A stretch of 49,440 nt of DNA, from NCBI GenBank assembly GCA_037190965.1, contig JBBCKI010000053.1:1-49440 (forward strand), read 5' to 3'. The notes beneath the pieces were generated by a model, which ran no database searches, was not told the origin of the DNA, and saw only the letters and a list, made by a program, of their open reading frames with translations. The position numbers and the translations under genes are program-made. The DNA is from Chthoniobacteraceae bacterium. GTDB taxonomy: Bacteria; Verrucomicrobiota; Verrucomicrobiia; Chthoniobacterales; Chthoniobacteraceae. Of the stretch, positions 9,194 through 19,200 are shown one piece after another; the stretch's first letter is position 1, and each line of letters starts with the position of its first letter.

Positions 9194-9346
9194 TGCGGCA
9201 GCACCGGTAGCACGCTCGCGCCGCCGAGCGCGGGTATCGGCCCCCGTGACTCCATGAGGCCGCATCCCAATACCAGCAGTCCTGAGGGGATGTGCGTCAA
9301 ATGCGATTCATCACCGATCCCGCGCTCCCGGCGAGAGCGGTCTACC
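9194..9346. repeat. GTAG-type REP doublet (REPIN family A), copy 1
   Basis: GGTAG-cacgctcgcgccgccgagcgcggg ... cccgcgctcccggcgagagcggt-CTACC inverted pair; homologous to 19757-19922 and 49350-49440. Confidence 0.85.
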
Positions 9347-9394
9347 CGGCGCATCATGCGCCGGTTCATCCCCTCCCATCACCGCTTTTTAGGG

Positions 9395-9871
9395 CTACTC
9401 CAGATGTCGGAGGAGTTGTTCCACGTGTTCGGAGGGTTTTACCTTGCGGAAAATCGCCTGAATTTTCCCTTCCGGGCTGATCACGAAGGTGGACCGCTCC
9501 ACCCCCATGTATTTCTTCCCATACATACTTTTTTCCACCCAGACCCCGTAGGCGATGGAGAGTTCCTTCGCTTCGTCGCTGATCAACGGGAAGGGCAACT
9601 CGAATTTGTCGATAAACTTCCGATGACTCTTCGGCGAGTCGGGGCTGACCCCGAAAACCGCCGCTTTTTGCGAGATGGCGCTCCAGACATCCCTCAAGCC
9701 GCACGCCTGGGTCGTGCACCCAGGCGTGTCGTCTTTGGGGTAGAAATAAAGGATCACCGTCTCCCCTGCGACGTCCTTTAACGACATGGGGCCGCCGAGA
9801 CCGAAACGGCCACCCACGGCGGTCAAGGTAAAATCAGGAGCGTCGTCGCCAACTTTCAATTCGCTTTCCAT
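9395..9871 (-). CDS. bcp: Peroxiredoxin Bcp/PrxQ
   Basis: LYFYPKDDTPGCTTQAC motif; YGVWVEKSMYGKKYMGVERSTF. Confidence 0.95.
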   Translation of the reverse strand: MESELKVGDDAPDFTLTAVGGRFGLGGPMSLKDVAGETVILYFYPKDDTPGCTTQACGLRDVWSAISQKAAVFGVSPDSPKSHRKFIDKFELPFPLISDEAKELSIAYGVWVEKSMYGKKYMGVERSTFVISPEGKIQAIFRKVKPSEHVEQLLRHLE

Positions 9872-9919
9872 GGAGAGAGCGATAACAGGTTGCCGCCGTT
9901 TTGGCACCCCGAAAACTAC

Positions 9920-11017
9920 CTACCGGCAACCGCCAAGCTGACGAACATTCATAAACTGCCCGTTCTCAGCAGATTCCTTGGCGGCAAGGCAAGCATAGAC
10001 ACTCTCGAGACCGGTGCTGATCGGAGCCAACGACGGAACCGTTCTGTCACGGATGATGGCGATGAAGTTTTCCGCCAGCTTGGTATCGCCGCCGAAATGG
10101 TTGTCTTCCCCTCCGACCTCGATGGTATCCGTGAACGGCTCCCGATGATGGGTGCAGGTAATCTTGTTTTTGTACCAGTCGAAATCGACCGCGCCGCGAT
10201 GACCCGAGATGGTGACGCCGCGTCTGGGCAGCCGCGCCGAAAAGAAGACCTGGGTGTAGACCCCCTTGGCTCCGTTGGCGAATTCAAGAAGGGCGCTGGA
10301 GGAATCCTCGTTCATCCCCTCCTCCGGCGTGCCGATCTTCTCAAGATAGATTGAATAAGGATCCGGATTTCCAACAAGAGTCTTCTTATCGCGATACACG
10401 CGCCCGACGGAACTCATGGCGGCAACCCGGGTAATCGGAGCGCCGACAAGGTACGTCAGGTAATCGAAATCGTGTGTGGCCTTCTGCAGGAAGAGCCCCT
10501 GGGTCACGCTATAGTCCCGATGCCAGGTGTCGAAATAGACGTTCCCGTAGGTAACGTAGTTGACGGCAAGCAGATGCTCGATCCGCCCCACGGCTCCCTG
10601 GTCGAGGAGTCGCTTGGCTCTCTCGCAAACCACGGAGACGCGCAACGGGAAGCTGACGACCACTTTGCAGCGCGAATTCTCAAAGGCTGCCTCGAGCGCG
10701 AGCGCCTGTTCCATGTTGATCGAGACCGGCTTTTCGAGGAAAAGCGGGATATCGTACTTCGCCGCCTGAATGGCGAACGCCGTGTGGCTGTCGCATTGCG
10801 TGCCGATGGCAAGCGCATCGGGCTGAGTCGCTTTGACGAGTTCGTCAATTGATTCGAAAAACCGAACATCCGCGCGATCCTCTTCCCGAAGGTGGGACTT
10901 TGCCTGTTCCGGGTTGGAGTCGACCACACCGACGACTTTCATCTCCGGAGCGATCTTCTGGAACCCCTTTAACATGCCGTTCATTCGCCGACCGAGTCCG
11001 ATAATACCGATTTTCAT
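9920..11017 (-). CDS. Gfo/Idh/MocA family NAD(P)-dependent oxidoreductase
   Basis: MKIGIIGLG, FLEKPV, LQKATHDFD, HFGGD motifs. Confidence 0.9.
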   Translation of the reverse strand: MKIGIIGLGRRMNGMLKGFQKIAPEMKVVGVVDSNPEQAKSHLREEDRADVRFFESIDELVKATQPDALAIGTQCDSHTAFAIQAAKYDIPLFLEKPVSINMEQALALEAAFENSRCKVVVSFPLRVSVVCERAKRLLDQGAVGRIEHLLAVNYVTYGNVYFDTWHRDYSVTQGLFLQKATHDFDYLTYLVGAPITRVAAMSSVGRVYRDKKTLVGNPDPYSIYLEKIGTPEEGMNEDSSSALLEFANGAKGVYTQVFFSARLPRRGVTISGHRGAVDFDWYKNKITCTHHREPFTDTIEVGGEDNHFGGDTKLAENFIAIIRDRTVPSLAPISTGLESVYACLAAKESAENGQFMNVRQLGGCR

Positions 11018-11068
11018 ATCAATAGGTTTGTTGATGGTTGATAATTAATGCCTTGTAACAGGGGAAAA

Positions 11069-11989
11069 TTAGACGGGCTTTCGCTCCCGGAGCCGCTTGC
11101 CATAGGCTTTGGGCGGGAGCCCATAAGCGTTCTTGAAAGCGCGGGAAAAAGCGAAATGAGAGTCGAAACCGCATTGCTGCGCGACGTCCGAAATACTGAC
11201 TTCCCCGGTCTGCAATCGCTTCGCCGCCTCCGAAAGGCGCGACTCGCGGATATACCGGCCAAGACTGACGCCAAGCTGGTTGCGGAAGACGGTGCGCAAG
11301 TGACTGACAGAATAGCCGAGCGCCTTCGCCAACACCCCTATGGTCGGAGCTTCGCAAAGATGGGCGGCGATATAACGGCTGATTTTTTCCAGAACGACGT
11401 CCCGAGCCTTGTCGCCGGAATGAAAATTTTGACGTTCCGGAGCAATGAGGGAAGCCCGGGTCATCCCAAGAAGAAACCGCGAGAGATGATAGGAGATAAA
11501 AAGGGTATCGCTCGCGCCATCGCATCCTGAGGCGACATGCTCCCGGACGATCTCGGCCAGCACGTTCATTTCCTGCGGCCCAAGTTTGCGCGGCGCGTTT
11601 TGGAGAGATTGAATCGCCTCCGCGTTGTCGAGTTCGAACGTCACAAAGAGCCACTCCATCGCCCCCTCTTCCACGTCCATATAGTGATGGAACTGGTGGG
11701 GAAAAATAAGAACCGCTTCACCCGGGTTGAGCAGATAGCTGGTCTCCCCGATCCTCACCGGCCCCGCCTTTTCCAGTACCACCACCAGTTCAAACCGGTG
11801 ATGGTAGTTATCGTTCACCCCCTCGGGACGAAATGCCTCAGTGCTGTTCCGTTTGAAGAAGAGGATGTTATCAGGGGCCATCCCCTGGGAGAGCATCGCT
11901 CCGGAAAAAAAGTCGCCGGGTGGTTTGATCCCGTGCAGTGCGAGCCTCACTGAGCCCAACGCGGCAACTATTTCCGGAGAAAAATCCAT
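11069..11989 (-). CDS. AraC-family transcriptional regulator (cupin + HTH)
   Basis: Cupin HHRFEL...PHQFHHY; C-terminal SISDVAQQCGFDSHFAFSRAFKNAYGLPP. Confidence 0.93.
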   Translation of the reverse strand: MDFSPEIVAALGSVRLALHGIKPPGDFFSGAMLSQGMAPDNILFFKRNSTEAFRPEGVNDNYHHRFELVVVLEKAGPVRIGETSYLLNPGEAVLIFPHQFHHYMDVEEGAMEWLFVTFELDNAEAIQSLQNAPRKLGPQEMNVLAEIVREHVASGCDGASDTLFISYHLSRFLLGMTRASLIAPERQNFHSGDKARDVVLEKISRYIAAHLCEAPTIGVLAKALGYSVSHLRTVFRNQLGVSLGRYIRESRLSEAAKRLQTGEVSISDVAQQCGFDSHFAFSRAFKNAYGLPPKAYGKRLRERKPV

Positions 11990-11994
11990 GATGG

Positions 11995-12900
11995 CTAACT
12001 ACGCAAACTCTTCGGGTAAACTCCCGAATCGATAAGCTGCCGGATGGTGACGCCCGCCTGCTCGCGGTCTTCCTTATAGGTCATCCCGAACCATTGTTCC
12101 GCGCTCTTGAGAACCTTGCAGCGGGCCTGGCCGCATTTGATCAAGGTATCGACGACGGTGGGAATGAAGAACTCCGACTTGGGGTTGTCGATCTGGGTCC
12201 GCAGGAACTCGGTGAACTGGCTTTCCAGATGACCGCAAATCGAGGGATCGAAGCCCCAGAGGTTCATCGACGCGATCGAATCGGTCGCAATCGGCGCCCA
12301 CTCGCCATCGGGCCGTTTTGTCCGGGCGCCGGTGGTATCGACCGCTTCAATCGTCGTGTGCTCCAGGACATCGACGAGATACCCGTCGGCGTCGGCCTGA
12401 CAGATCCCGCGCGACACGGAGCCATATTGCGAGAGGGTTTTGGCGAGTTCGAAACCGACCATGTAGAACTCTCCCGACTTTTGAGAGACGAGGGCGTCAT
12501 GCAGCACCTGGTACGAGGTTGGGCCGTAAAAATCGTCAGCGTTGATAACGCCAAACGGCTCGTGAAGATGCTCCCGGGCGGCCCAGATGGCGTGCCCGGT
12601 TCCCCACGGTTTGGTGCGCCCTTCGGGCAGCGAGAATCCCTCGGGCAAATCGGCGAGACCCTGGAAGGCGTAGACGATGTTAACGTCGTCCCCCAGAGTT
12701 TTGCTGAAGTGCTCGCGCAGCGGTTGCTCGAGAGCGGGCACCGTGACGATCACGATCTTTCCAAAACCGGCGCGAAGGGCATCGTAGGCCGAATAATCGA
12801 TAATGATTTCGCCCTCGGGGCCGATCGGATCGATTTGCTTGAAGCCGCCGTAACGGCTACCCATGCCCGCAGCGAGGACGAGAAGAGAAGGTTTGCTCAT
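11995..12900 (-). CDS. Sugar-1-phosphate nucleotidyltransferase (NTP_transferase family)
   Basis: LLVLAAGMGSRYGGFKQIDP, RTKPWGTGHA, VINADDFYG, SMNLWGF, WFGMTYKED. Confidence 0.88.
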   Translation of the reverse strand: MSKPSLLVLAAGMGSRYGGFKQIDPIGPEGEIIIDYSAYDALRAGFGKIVIVTVPALEQPLREHFSKTLGDDVNIVYAFQGLADLPEGFSLPEGRTKPWGTGHAIWAAREHLHEPFGVINADDFYGPTSYQVLHDALVSQKSGEFYMVGFELAKTLSQYGSVSRGICQADADGYLVDVLEHTTIEAVDTTGARTKRPDGEWAPIATDSIASMNLWGFDPSICGHLESQFTEFLRTQIDNPKSEFFIPTVVDTLIKCGQARCKVLKSAEQWFGMTYKEDREQAGVTIRQLIDSGVYPKSLRS

Positions 12901-12910
12901 GGTGGTATTT

Positions 12911-14026
12911 CTACGATTTTGGGGTCCAGGAGCAAACCACTTCATTCATGGCTTCTTCCTGTTCTTCGATGGATTGCACCAAACGGAACTGCGTGCGGCA
13001 GCGGTCGAGGTTATGCCGCTCGCGCTTGATCTTGAAATACTGGTCGCCCAGCAGGAAGTCGGTAAGGAAGCGGATGCCAATCTCCAGCGTGATCAGCTTG
13101 CCGCTGAAGGCGAGCTGCGCCCGCTCCTCGGGGACGAGGAAATCGTGAGCGGAGGAGAGATACCCGTCCACCAACGCGCGGAACATCGGCATCTGCATGT
13201 GGATAAGCGAGAGATCAAGCTCGTCCTCGGGGCGGGGGCTCGTTGCCGTGCGCACCATGTCGCCGAAGTCGTAAAGTGCCAGCCCGGGCATCACCGTGTC
13301 GAGGTCGATGACGCAGATCCCCTTCTGGGTGACGTCGTCGAGCATGACGTTGTTGAGCTTCGTGTCGTTGTGGGTGATCCGCTCAGGGATCAAACCCGCA
13401 GCCTGCTTATCGACGAGAACACTGGTGATCTCGCGCCGGGCGAGCACGAAGTCGATCTCCGCCTGCGCTTCCGCGACGCGGTTGCAGGGGTTCAATTCAA
13501 TCGCCTTCAAAAGAGCTTCAAGGCGCTTGGGGGTGTGATGAAAATCGGGGATCGTCTCGTGCAGTCGCCCGCCGGGCAGATCCGTGACCTGTTTCTGAAA
13601 CTCGCCGAACGCGCGGGCAGCTTCCTCGGCCTGCGCGGGAGTTTCGATGGCGTCGAAGGTGCGCGCATTCTCAATGAAGAGATAAGTGCGCCAGAAGTTC
13701 CCTTCGGGATCCTTGTAATACGGCAACCCGTCACGGGATGAAATGAGCGTCAGCGCACGACGCCTGGTATCGGCGATGCCAGCCTCCTTCATGACCCGAT
13801 GCTGATGCGATGTCACCCGCGCAATATTCTCCATCAACGCGCGGGGATCTTTGAAGATGTTGTGGTTGATCCTTTGGAGGATATAGCGAATCTGCGCGCC
13901 GTCCTGTTCATAGGTGGCGGCGTAGGTGTCATTGATATGGCCACTCCCGTAGGGAATTGCAGAGATGAAGCGGCCCGGGATTTCGAATCCGGCGCCAATG
14001 GCGGACACGTCGTGCTTGTTTTGCAT
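12911..14026 (-). CDS. APH-fold sugar kinase, N-acetylhexosamine 1-kinase (NahK/LnpB)-like
   Basis: GSGHINDTY, YILQRINH.IF, ETIPDFHHTPKR, RITHNDTKLNN, VIDLDTVMPG..YDFGD, RFLTDFL.GD.YFK. Confidence 0.85.
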   Translation of the reverse strand: MQNKHDVSAIGAGFEIPGRFISAIPYGSGHINDTYAATYEQDGAQIRYILQRINHNIFKDPRALMENIARVTSHQHRVMKEAGIADTRRRALTLISSRDGLPYYKDPEGNFWRTYLFIENARTFDAIETPAQAEEAARAFGEFQKQVTDLPGGRLHETIPDFHHTPKRLEALLKAIELNPCNRVAEAQAEIDFVLARREITSVLVDKQAAGLIPERITHNDTKLNNVMLDDVTQKGICVIDLDTVMPGLALYDFGDMVRTATSPRPEDELDLSLIHMQMPMFRALVDGYLSSAHDFLVPEERAQLAFSGKLITLEIGIRFLTDFLLGDQYFKIKRERHNLDRCRTQFRLVQSIEEQEEAMNEVVCSWTPKS

Positions 14027-14040
14027 TCGTAAGGGAAAAA

Positions 14041-15048
14041 TTAGAATCCGTTGGGGTTTTGCGACTGCCAGCGCCAGGTGTCGGCGCACATCTCGTCAAT
14101 GCCGCGCGTGGCCTTCCAGCCGAGTTCCGCCTCGGCTTTGGCGGGGTCGGCATAACAGGCGGCAATATCGCCGGGACGCCGGGCGACAAACTTGAAAGGA
14201 ACGCTCTTGCCGCTCGCCTTTTCAAAGGCGGCGATCATTTCGAGCACGCTGTTGCCGCGCCCGGTGCCGAGGTTGTAGGCAACCACGCCGGGGTTGGAAG
14301 CGAGCTTCTCCAAGGCGCGGACATGCCCAGCAGCGAGGTCGAGGACGTGAATATAGTCCCGCACGCCGGTGCCGTCTGCCGTTGGATAGTCATTGCCGTA
14401 AACCGAAAGCTCCTTGAGCTTCCCGACGGCGACTTGAGCGATGTACGGAACGAGGTTATTGGGAATGCCGTTGGGGTCTTCGCCGATCCGGCCGCTCGGG
14501 TGCGCGCCGACAGGGTTGAAGTACCGCAGCAGCGCGATGTTGAAACGGGAATCGCTGGTGTGAAGATCGCGCAGGATTTCCTCCAGGAAGAGCTTCGTGC
14601 GCCCGTAAGGGTTGGTGGCCGAGAGCGGGAAATCCTCGCGAATCGGTACGCTGGCAGGGTCGCCATACACCGTGGCAGAGGAACTGAACACCAGATTGAA
14701 GCACCCGGCAGCCGCCATTGCCTCGCATAGAATGAAGGTGCCAGTAAGATTGTTGTGGTAATAGCGAAGGGGAATCTTCACCGACTCGCCCACGGCTTTG
14801 AGCCCGGCAAAATGGATCACCGCATCGATCTTCGACGCGGCAAAAATGCGATCCAATGCGGCGCGGTCGAGGAGGTCCACAGCGTGGAACTCGACGCGCT
14901 TGCCTGAGATCTCCTCCACCCTGCGCACCGCCTCCTGCTTTGCGTTGACAAGGTTATCGACAATAACAACTTCGTGGCCTGCCTGGAGCAACTCCAGCAC
15001 GGTATGCGTGCCGATGTAGCCTGCGCCGCCGGTTACAAGGATTTTCAT
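14041..15048 (-). CDS. galE: UDP-glucose/UDP-GlcNAc 4-epimerase
   Basis: [54 protein letters not shown]. Confidence 0.97.
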   Translation of the reverse strand: MKILVTGGAGYIGTHTVLELLQAGHEVVIVDNLVNAKQEAVRRVEEISGKRVEFHAVDLLDRAALDRIFAASKIDAVIHFAGLKAVGESVKIPLRYYHNNLTGTFILCEAMAAAGCFNLVFSSSATVYGDPASVPIREDFPLSATNPYGRTKLFLEEILRDLHTSDSRFNIALLRYFNPVGAHPSGRIGEDPNGIPNNLVPYIAQVAVGKLKELSVYGNDYPTADGTGVRDYIHVLDLAAGHVRALEKLASNPGVVAYNLGTGRGNSVLEMIAAFEKASGKSVPFKFVARRPGDIAACYADPAKAEAELGWKATRGIDEMCADTWRWQSQNPNGF

Positions 15049-15238
15049 GGATGGATACTTCGGGAGCCCCTGAAAACTGCAATCAAAACTTCACTGGGCC
15101 GGCTCCAAAAAAGACCTCTTTTTGGCGAATTCGTCAATGAAATCGTTAAAATATTCAAAAACGACAAAAACACCCCACTAAAAAGCGGAAATCTGTTGTA
15201 TTGGCGGCGGCTTCGCTCTAGACGCTGTCAGGTTTATT

Positions 15239-16042
15239 ATGGAAGTCATCATCACACCCAATCCCGGCAGCGGCGCAGAGACGGGGGCGCGCATCATCGA
15301 AAAACTGATCCGCACCAAGCCCAGCGCCGTGCTTGGCCTTGCGACCGGGAGCACGCCGGTGGGGCTTTACCGTGAATTGATCCGCAAACACCGCGATGAA
15401 GGCCTCGATTTCAACGGCGTGACGACTTTCAACCTCGATGAATACGTCGGCCTAGCCCCCGGGCATCCGGCTTCCTACCACCGGTTCATGCACGAGAACC
15501 TGTTTGGGCAGATCAACGTCCCGGCAGGGAAGATCCATATCCCCGATGGCGAGACCAAGGATATTCCGGCTTTTTGCGCGAGCTACGAGGCCGACATCCG
15601 CACGGCGGGCGGCATCGACCTGCAAGTGCTCGGCATCGGGCACGACGGGCACGTCGGCTTCAACGAACCGAGTTCTTCGCTAGCCTCGCGCACGCGGCTG
15701 AAAACGCTGACGGAAGTGACCATCAACGCCAACAAGCGTTTCTTCACCGACGAAGAGGAAGTCCCGCGCCATGTCATCACGATGGGCGTGGGAACCATTC
15801 TCGAATCCCGCGTCTGCCTGCTCCTTGCTTTCGGTGAAGCCAAGGCGGACGCCGTCGCGGCGATGGTGGAAGGTCCGGTAACCGCGATGTGCCCGGCTTC
15901 GGTGCTGCAACTGCACCCGCAGGTGATCGTGATCGCCGACGAAGCGGCTGCAACCAAGCTCAAGAAGGCCGACTATTACCGCTACGTCTACGCGAACAAA
16001 CCGGCCTTTCAGAAGGACGCTTCGTTTCCTGTGAAGCCGTAG
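15239..16042 (+). CDS. nagB: Glucosamine-6-phosphate deaminase
   Basis: VLGLATGSTP, TFNLDEYVGL, GIDLQVLGIG.DGHVGFNEP, CPASVLQLHP. Confidence 0.97.
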   Translation: MEVIITPNPGSGAETGARIIEKLIRTKPSAVLGLATGSTPVGLYRELIRKHRDEGLDFNGVTTFNLDEYVGLAPGHPASYHRFMHENLFGQINVPAGKIHIPDGETKDIPAFCASYEADIRTAGGIDLQVLGIGHDGHVGFNEPSSSLASRTRLKTLTEVTINANKRFFTDEEEVPRHVITMGVGTILESRVCLLLAFGEAKADAVAAMVEGPVTAMCPASVLQLHPQVIVIADEAAATKLKKADYYRYVYANKPAFQKDASFPVKP

Positions 16043-16263
16043 GACAAAATCATTGGGACCACGTTAGCAAGTGTTTTCCTCGTTCCCAAACTCTGTTTGG
16101 GAATGCCCGTGTCTTCGAAACTCCAGTTTCGCAACCCCTTTCAGCTCCGACACCCTACACGAGATGACAAGGCTTTCGAATCAGAGATTCGGGGACAATG
16201 GCATTACCAATCTGGAGATTGGTAACGAGGACGAAGACGCTTCGTTTCCCGTGAAGCCGTAGG
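16016..16263 (+). repeat. 28-bp direct repeat (nagB 3' end) flanking an inserted REPIN
   Basis: gacgcttcgtttcc(t/c)gtgaagccgtagg at 16016-16043 and 16236-16263, 27/28 identical. Confidence 0.9.
16076..16231. repeat. Four-hairpin REPIN/MITE (family B, CTCGTT ends), copy 1
   Basis: cctcgttcccaaactctgtttgggaatgcc ... ggcattaccaatctggagattggtaacgagg; near-identical to 23720-23875; lies between convergent genes. Confidence 0.9.
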
Positions 16264-16272
16264 CCGACGGGA

Positions 16273-19200
16273 TTACATCTCCACCAAAAACCGGAAATCG
16301 TCGGCAGTGAGCGTCGGGGCTCCGTTCAATGATGCAGCGCCGCCGTGTTCCACCACCTCGTCGAAGAGTGCCTGCTTACGCTCCTTGAGCGCCATCATCT
16401 TTTCCTCCACGGTGTGGTGCATCAGCAATCGCTGGACGTAGACGCCGTTTTTCTGCCCGATGCGGTGGGCGCGGGCATTGGCCTGGGCTTCGACCGCCGG
16501 GTTCCACCACGGATCGAGGTGATAGATATAACTCGCCCTGGGGAGGTTAAGCCCCGCGCCGCCTGTCTTGAGACTAATGAGAAAAATGCCGGGGGACTCG
16601 CCTGATTGGAATGCCTCTACCAGTTCCTTGCGCCGAGCCGTGGGGGTGGAGCCATCCATGCGCAGGAACGGGAGACCCGCTTTCTCCAATACCCTACCAA
16701 CGAGGTCGAGCGCTTTGACGAATTGCGAGAAGACCAGCGCGGCGTGTCCTTCCTCCGCAAGCGCCGCAAGCTGCTCCACAAGATAATCGAGCTTGGGCGA
16801 ACTTTCCTCCATCTCGTCCGACAGCATGGCGGGCGAGATACAAATCTGCCGCAGGCGCAATAGCGCGGCCAAAGCGATGATCCCGGCCTGTTGGGCAGGG
16901 CGTTCCCCGTAGGCGGCTAGCACCTCCTTGTGAACCTCCCCCACGGCCCGCGTGTAGCATTCCTTTTGGCGCTCGCTGAGGTGGAAAAAGGTGTCGCGCT
17001 CCACTTTCGGCGGAAGCTCGGCGAGAATCCTCTCCTTCGTGCGCCGCAGCAGAAACGGCTTGGCGCGCGCCAGCACAGGGAGACCCGCCTCGTGTTGTTC
17101 GAGAAATCGCTTTCGCTCTCCGAAGACCCCGGGAACCGCCGCTTCCATGATGCTATGGAACTCGCCGATATGATTCTCCAGCGGCGTGCCGGTCAGGCAG
17201 ATCCGGAAACGGGCCTTCAGCCGCCCCAGCGCGCGGGTCCGCGCGGCGGTGGCGTTCTTGATCGCCTGGGCTTCGTCGAAGACCACGACATCAAACCCGA
17301 TCGAGGAGAGCGTCTCGATGTCGCGGCTCGCCAGTCCGTAGGTCGTGAGGATCACATCCGCTCCCGCAAAATCCGCAGAGCGTCCCTGCCCGGTGTATTC
17401 GTAAACCTTCAAACCGGGTGCAAACCGGGCAATTTCGCTCTGCCAGTTGAAGAGAAGCGTGGGCGGAAGGACGACGAGATGCGGCTCGCGCGATGTCGAC
17501 GGAGCCTGACTTGGGATGCCGCCTTCCACAATCGCCGCAAGCAGCGCGATGGTCTGGATGGTTTTCCCCAGCCCCATGTCGTCGGCCAGACACGCGCCAA
17601 AGCGATGCCGGTAAAGAAACGCGAGCCATGAATAGCCATGCTGCTGGTACTCGCGCATCTCACCGCAAAACCCGAGAGGCAACGCCTGCGCCGGGATCCG
17701 CTCCAGATTTTGCAGGGACGCCAGCACCGCCTCTTCCTCTGGCGGCACTTCGCACGCCACTCCCTCGGCTCGCAGCGCCACCCAATCGAAAAGGCGCAAC
17801 CGGGGAACCTTTTCCGCATCGCCGACGGAACTATCCAGCAAGCCGTTGAGCCTCCGCAACGCATTAAGGGATTCTTCGTCCACGCTGACCAGGGTGTCGT
17901 CATCCGCGCGGAAGCGCCCCGTACGCAGAATCTCACCCCACTGCTCGCGAGCGATCGCCAGATTCCCGGCGCGGGCCTCCGGGTGAAGCTCGAACCAATC
18001 GATGACGCCGCTCTGAATCGCCCGGACCGACAAGTTTAGTTTCGCCGCGCGAACCTTGCGATCATCCACGCGCAGGACGATCTGCTGTTGCGCGCACGCT
18101 TCCACCAGCTTCGGAAGTTCCCGGATGAAACCGGGAGCGCCGGTTTCAAAAGAGAAATCCTTCGAGCGCAGCAGTTCTTCTCCGGCGAAAAGTTCAATAA
18201 CGACGGCCAGCGCCTCGCCCAGGCTGCTTCCCAGCCCGGCACAGGCCAGCCACCGCGATTCCGGTTTCCCAGGCGATGCGGGGTCTGCCAGGAGACAGCC
18301 CGCGTTCATCTGCCGGAATCTTTCGAGAAGCCCGCGCAGGCATCGCATCGCCTCCTCTCCATGCATTTCGTAACTGGTAAAGGCGGCGTCCCGCGAGAGC
18401 TCCAGCAGGATTGATTCAACCTCTCCCTCTCCCTTTTCCTCCCCTCGCAGCAAACGGCATAGCCCCTCCCCAAGTCGCCGCCGCCGGGCCGGGCTTTTCA
18501 TCAAGACCGTGTAGTCGTCGAAACAACGATTCAGGCTCGGCTGAAACGGCAATTCACGGCCTTCGGCGTCACAGGCCCTGAGACGAATGCGTACCGTCTC
18601 GCCGCCCGTCTCGGCGATCAATAACCCCCGGCAAGGCGTCTCCCGAGCGGGCACAGGTTGCCCTTCGTCGTCGAGCAACGTGAAATTGGGCGCGGGCCAG
18701 GCGGGAGGCTCCGTGTTGAAGGCGGCGGCACTCAGGGAGAAGACAGGCCTTGACGTGTCTGACGTCCCCGAAGCCAGCACCCGCGAGGCTTCCTGCCAGG
18801 CGTCGTGAGGTTCAACCCGTGCAAACACCGCTTCGCTGGGCAACACGACGAGACCGTAACCGAGGTCGATAAAATCCGCGACCGCTTCCTCTCCAACCTC
18901 CGAGCCGACCACCCGCCGAACGTTCACCGCCCTCCCCTCCAGCCTCAGTTCCGTCCGGGCACGCATCCGCCGCCATGAAACTTCCGCGAAAGAAAGCGTG
19001 TCGGCGGCAGAGCGGACTTCGATCTCCACTTCCTCCGGTTTTGCCGAAAGCCACTGGCCAAACGCCTCCGCGACGCGCTCCGGTTGACGATCCTGCCAGG
19101 CCAGCCATTCCATGCCGGGAGAAGGCCCTGCGGAGATCCAGGAGGCTTCCCTCTTGCCGGAATCGTAGTCGAGCGCAAAGCGCCCCCCGGGACCGTCGGA

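Noticed and set aside
9187..9369. Similar 60-aa ORFs at 9187-9369 and 19693-19875
   Set aside because: The similarity comes from the family A repeat; starts and stops are not conserved.
16076..16231. Hairpin repeats as a possible mini-CRISPR or integron attC
   Set aside because: Units are inverted rather than direct, spacers are shared between copies, and no cas or intI gene is present.
16071..16262. 63-aa ORF ending DASFPVKP and similar ORF at 23741-24070
   Set aside because: Translations of the family B repeat and the duplicated nagB end; no evidence of a real gene.
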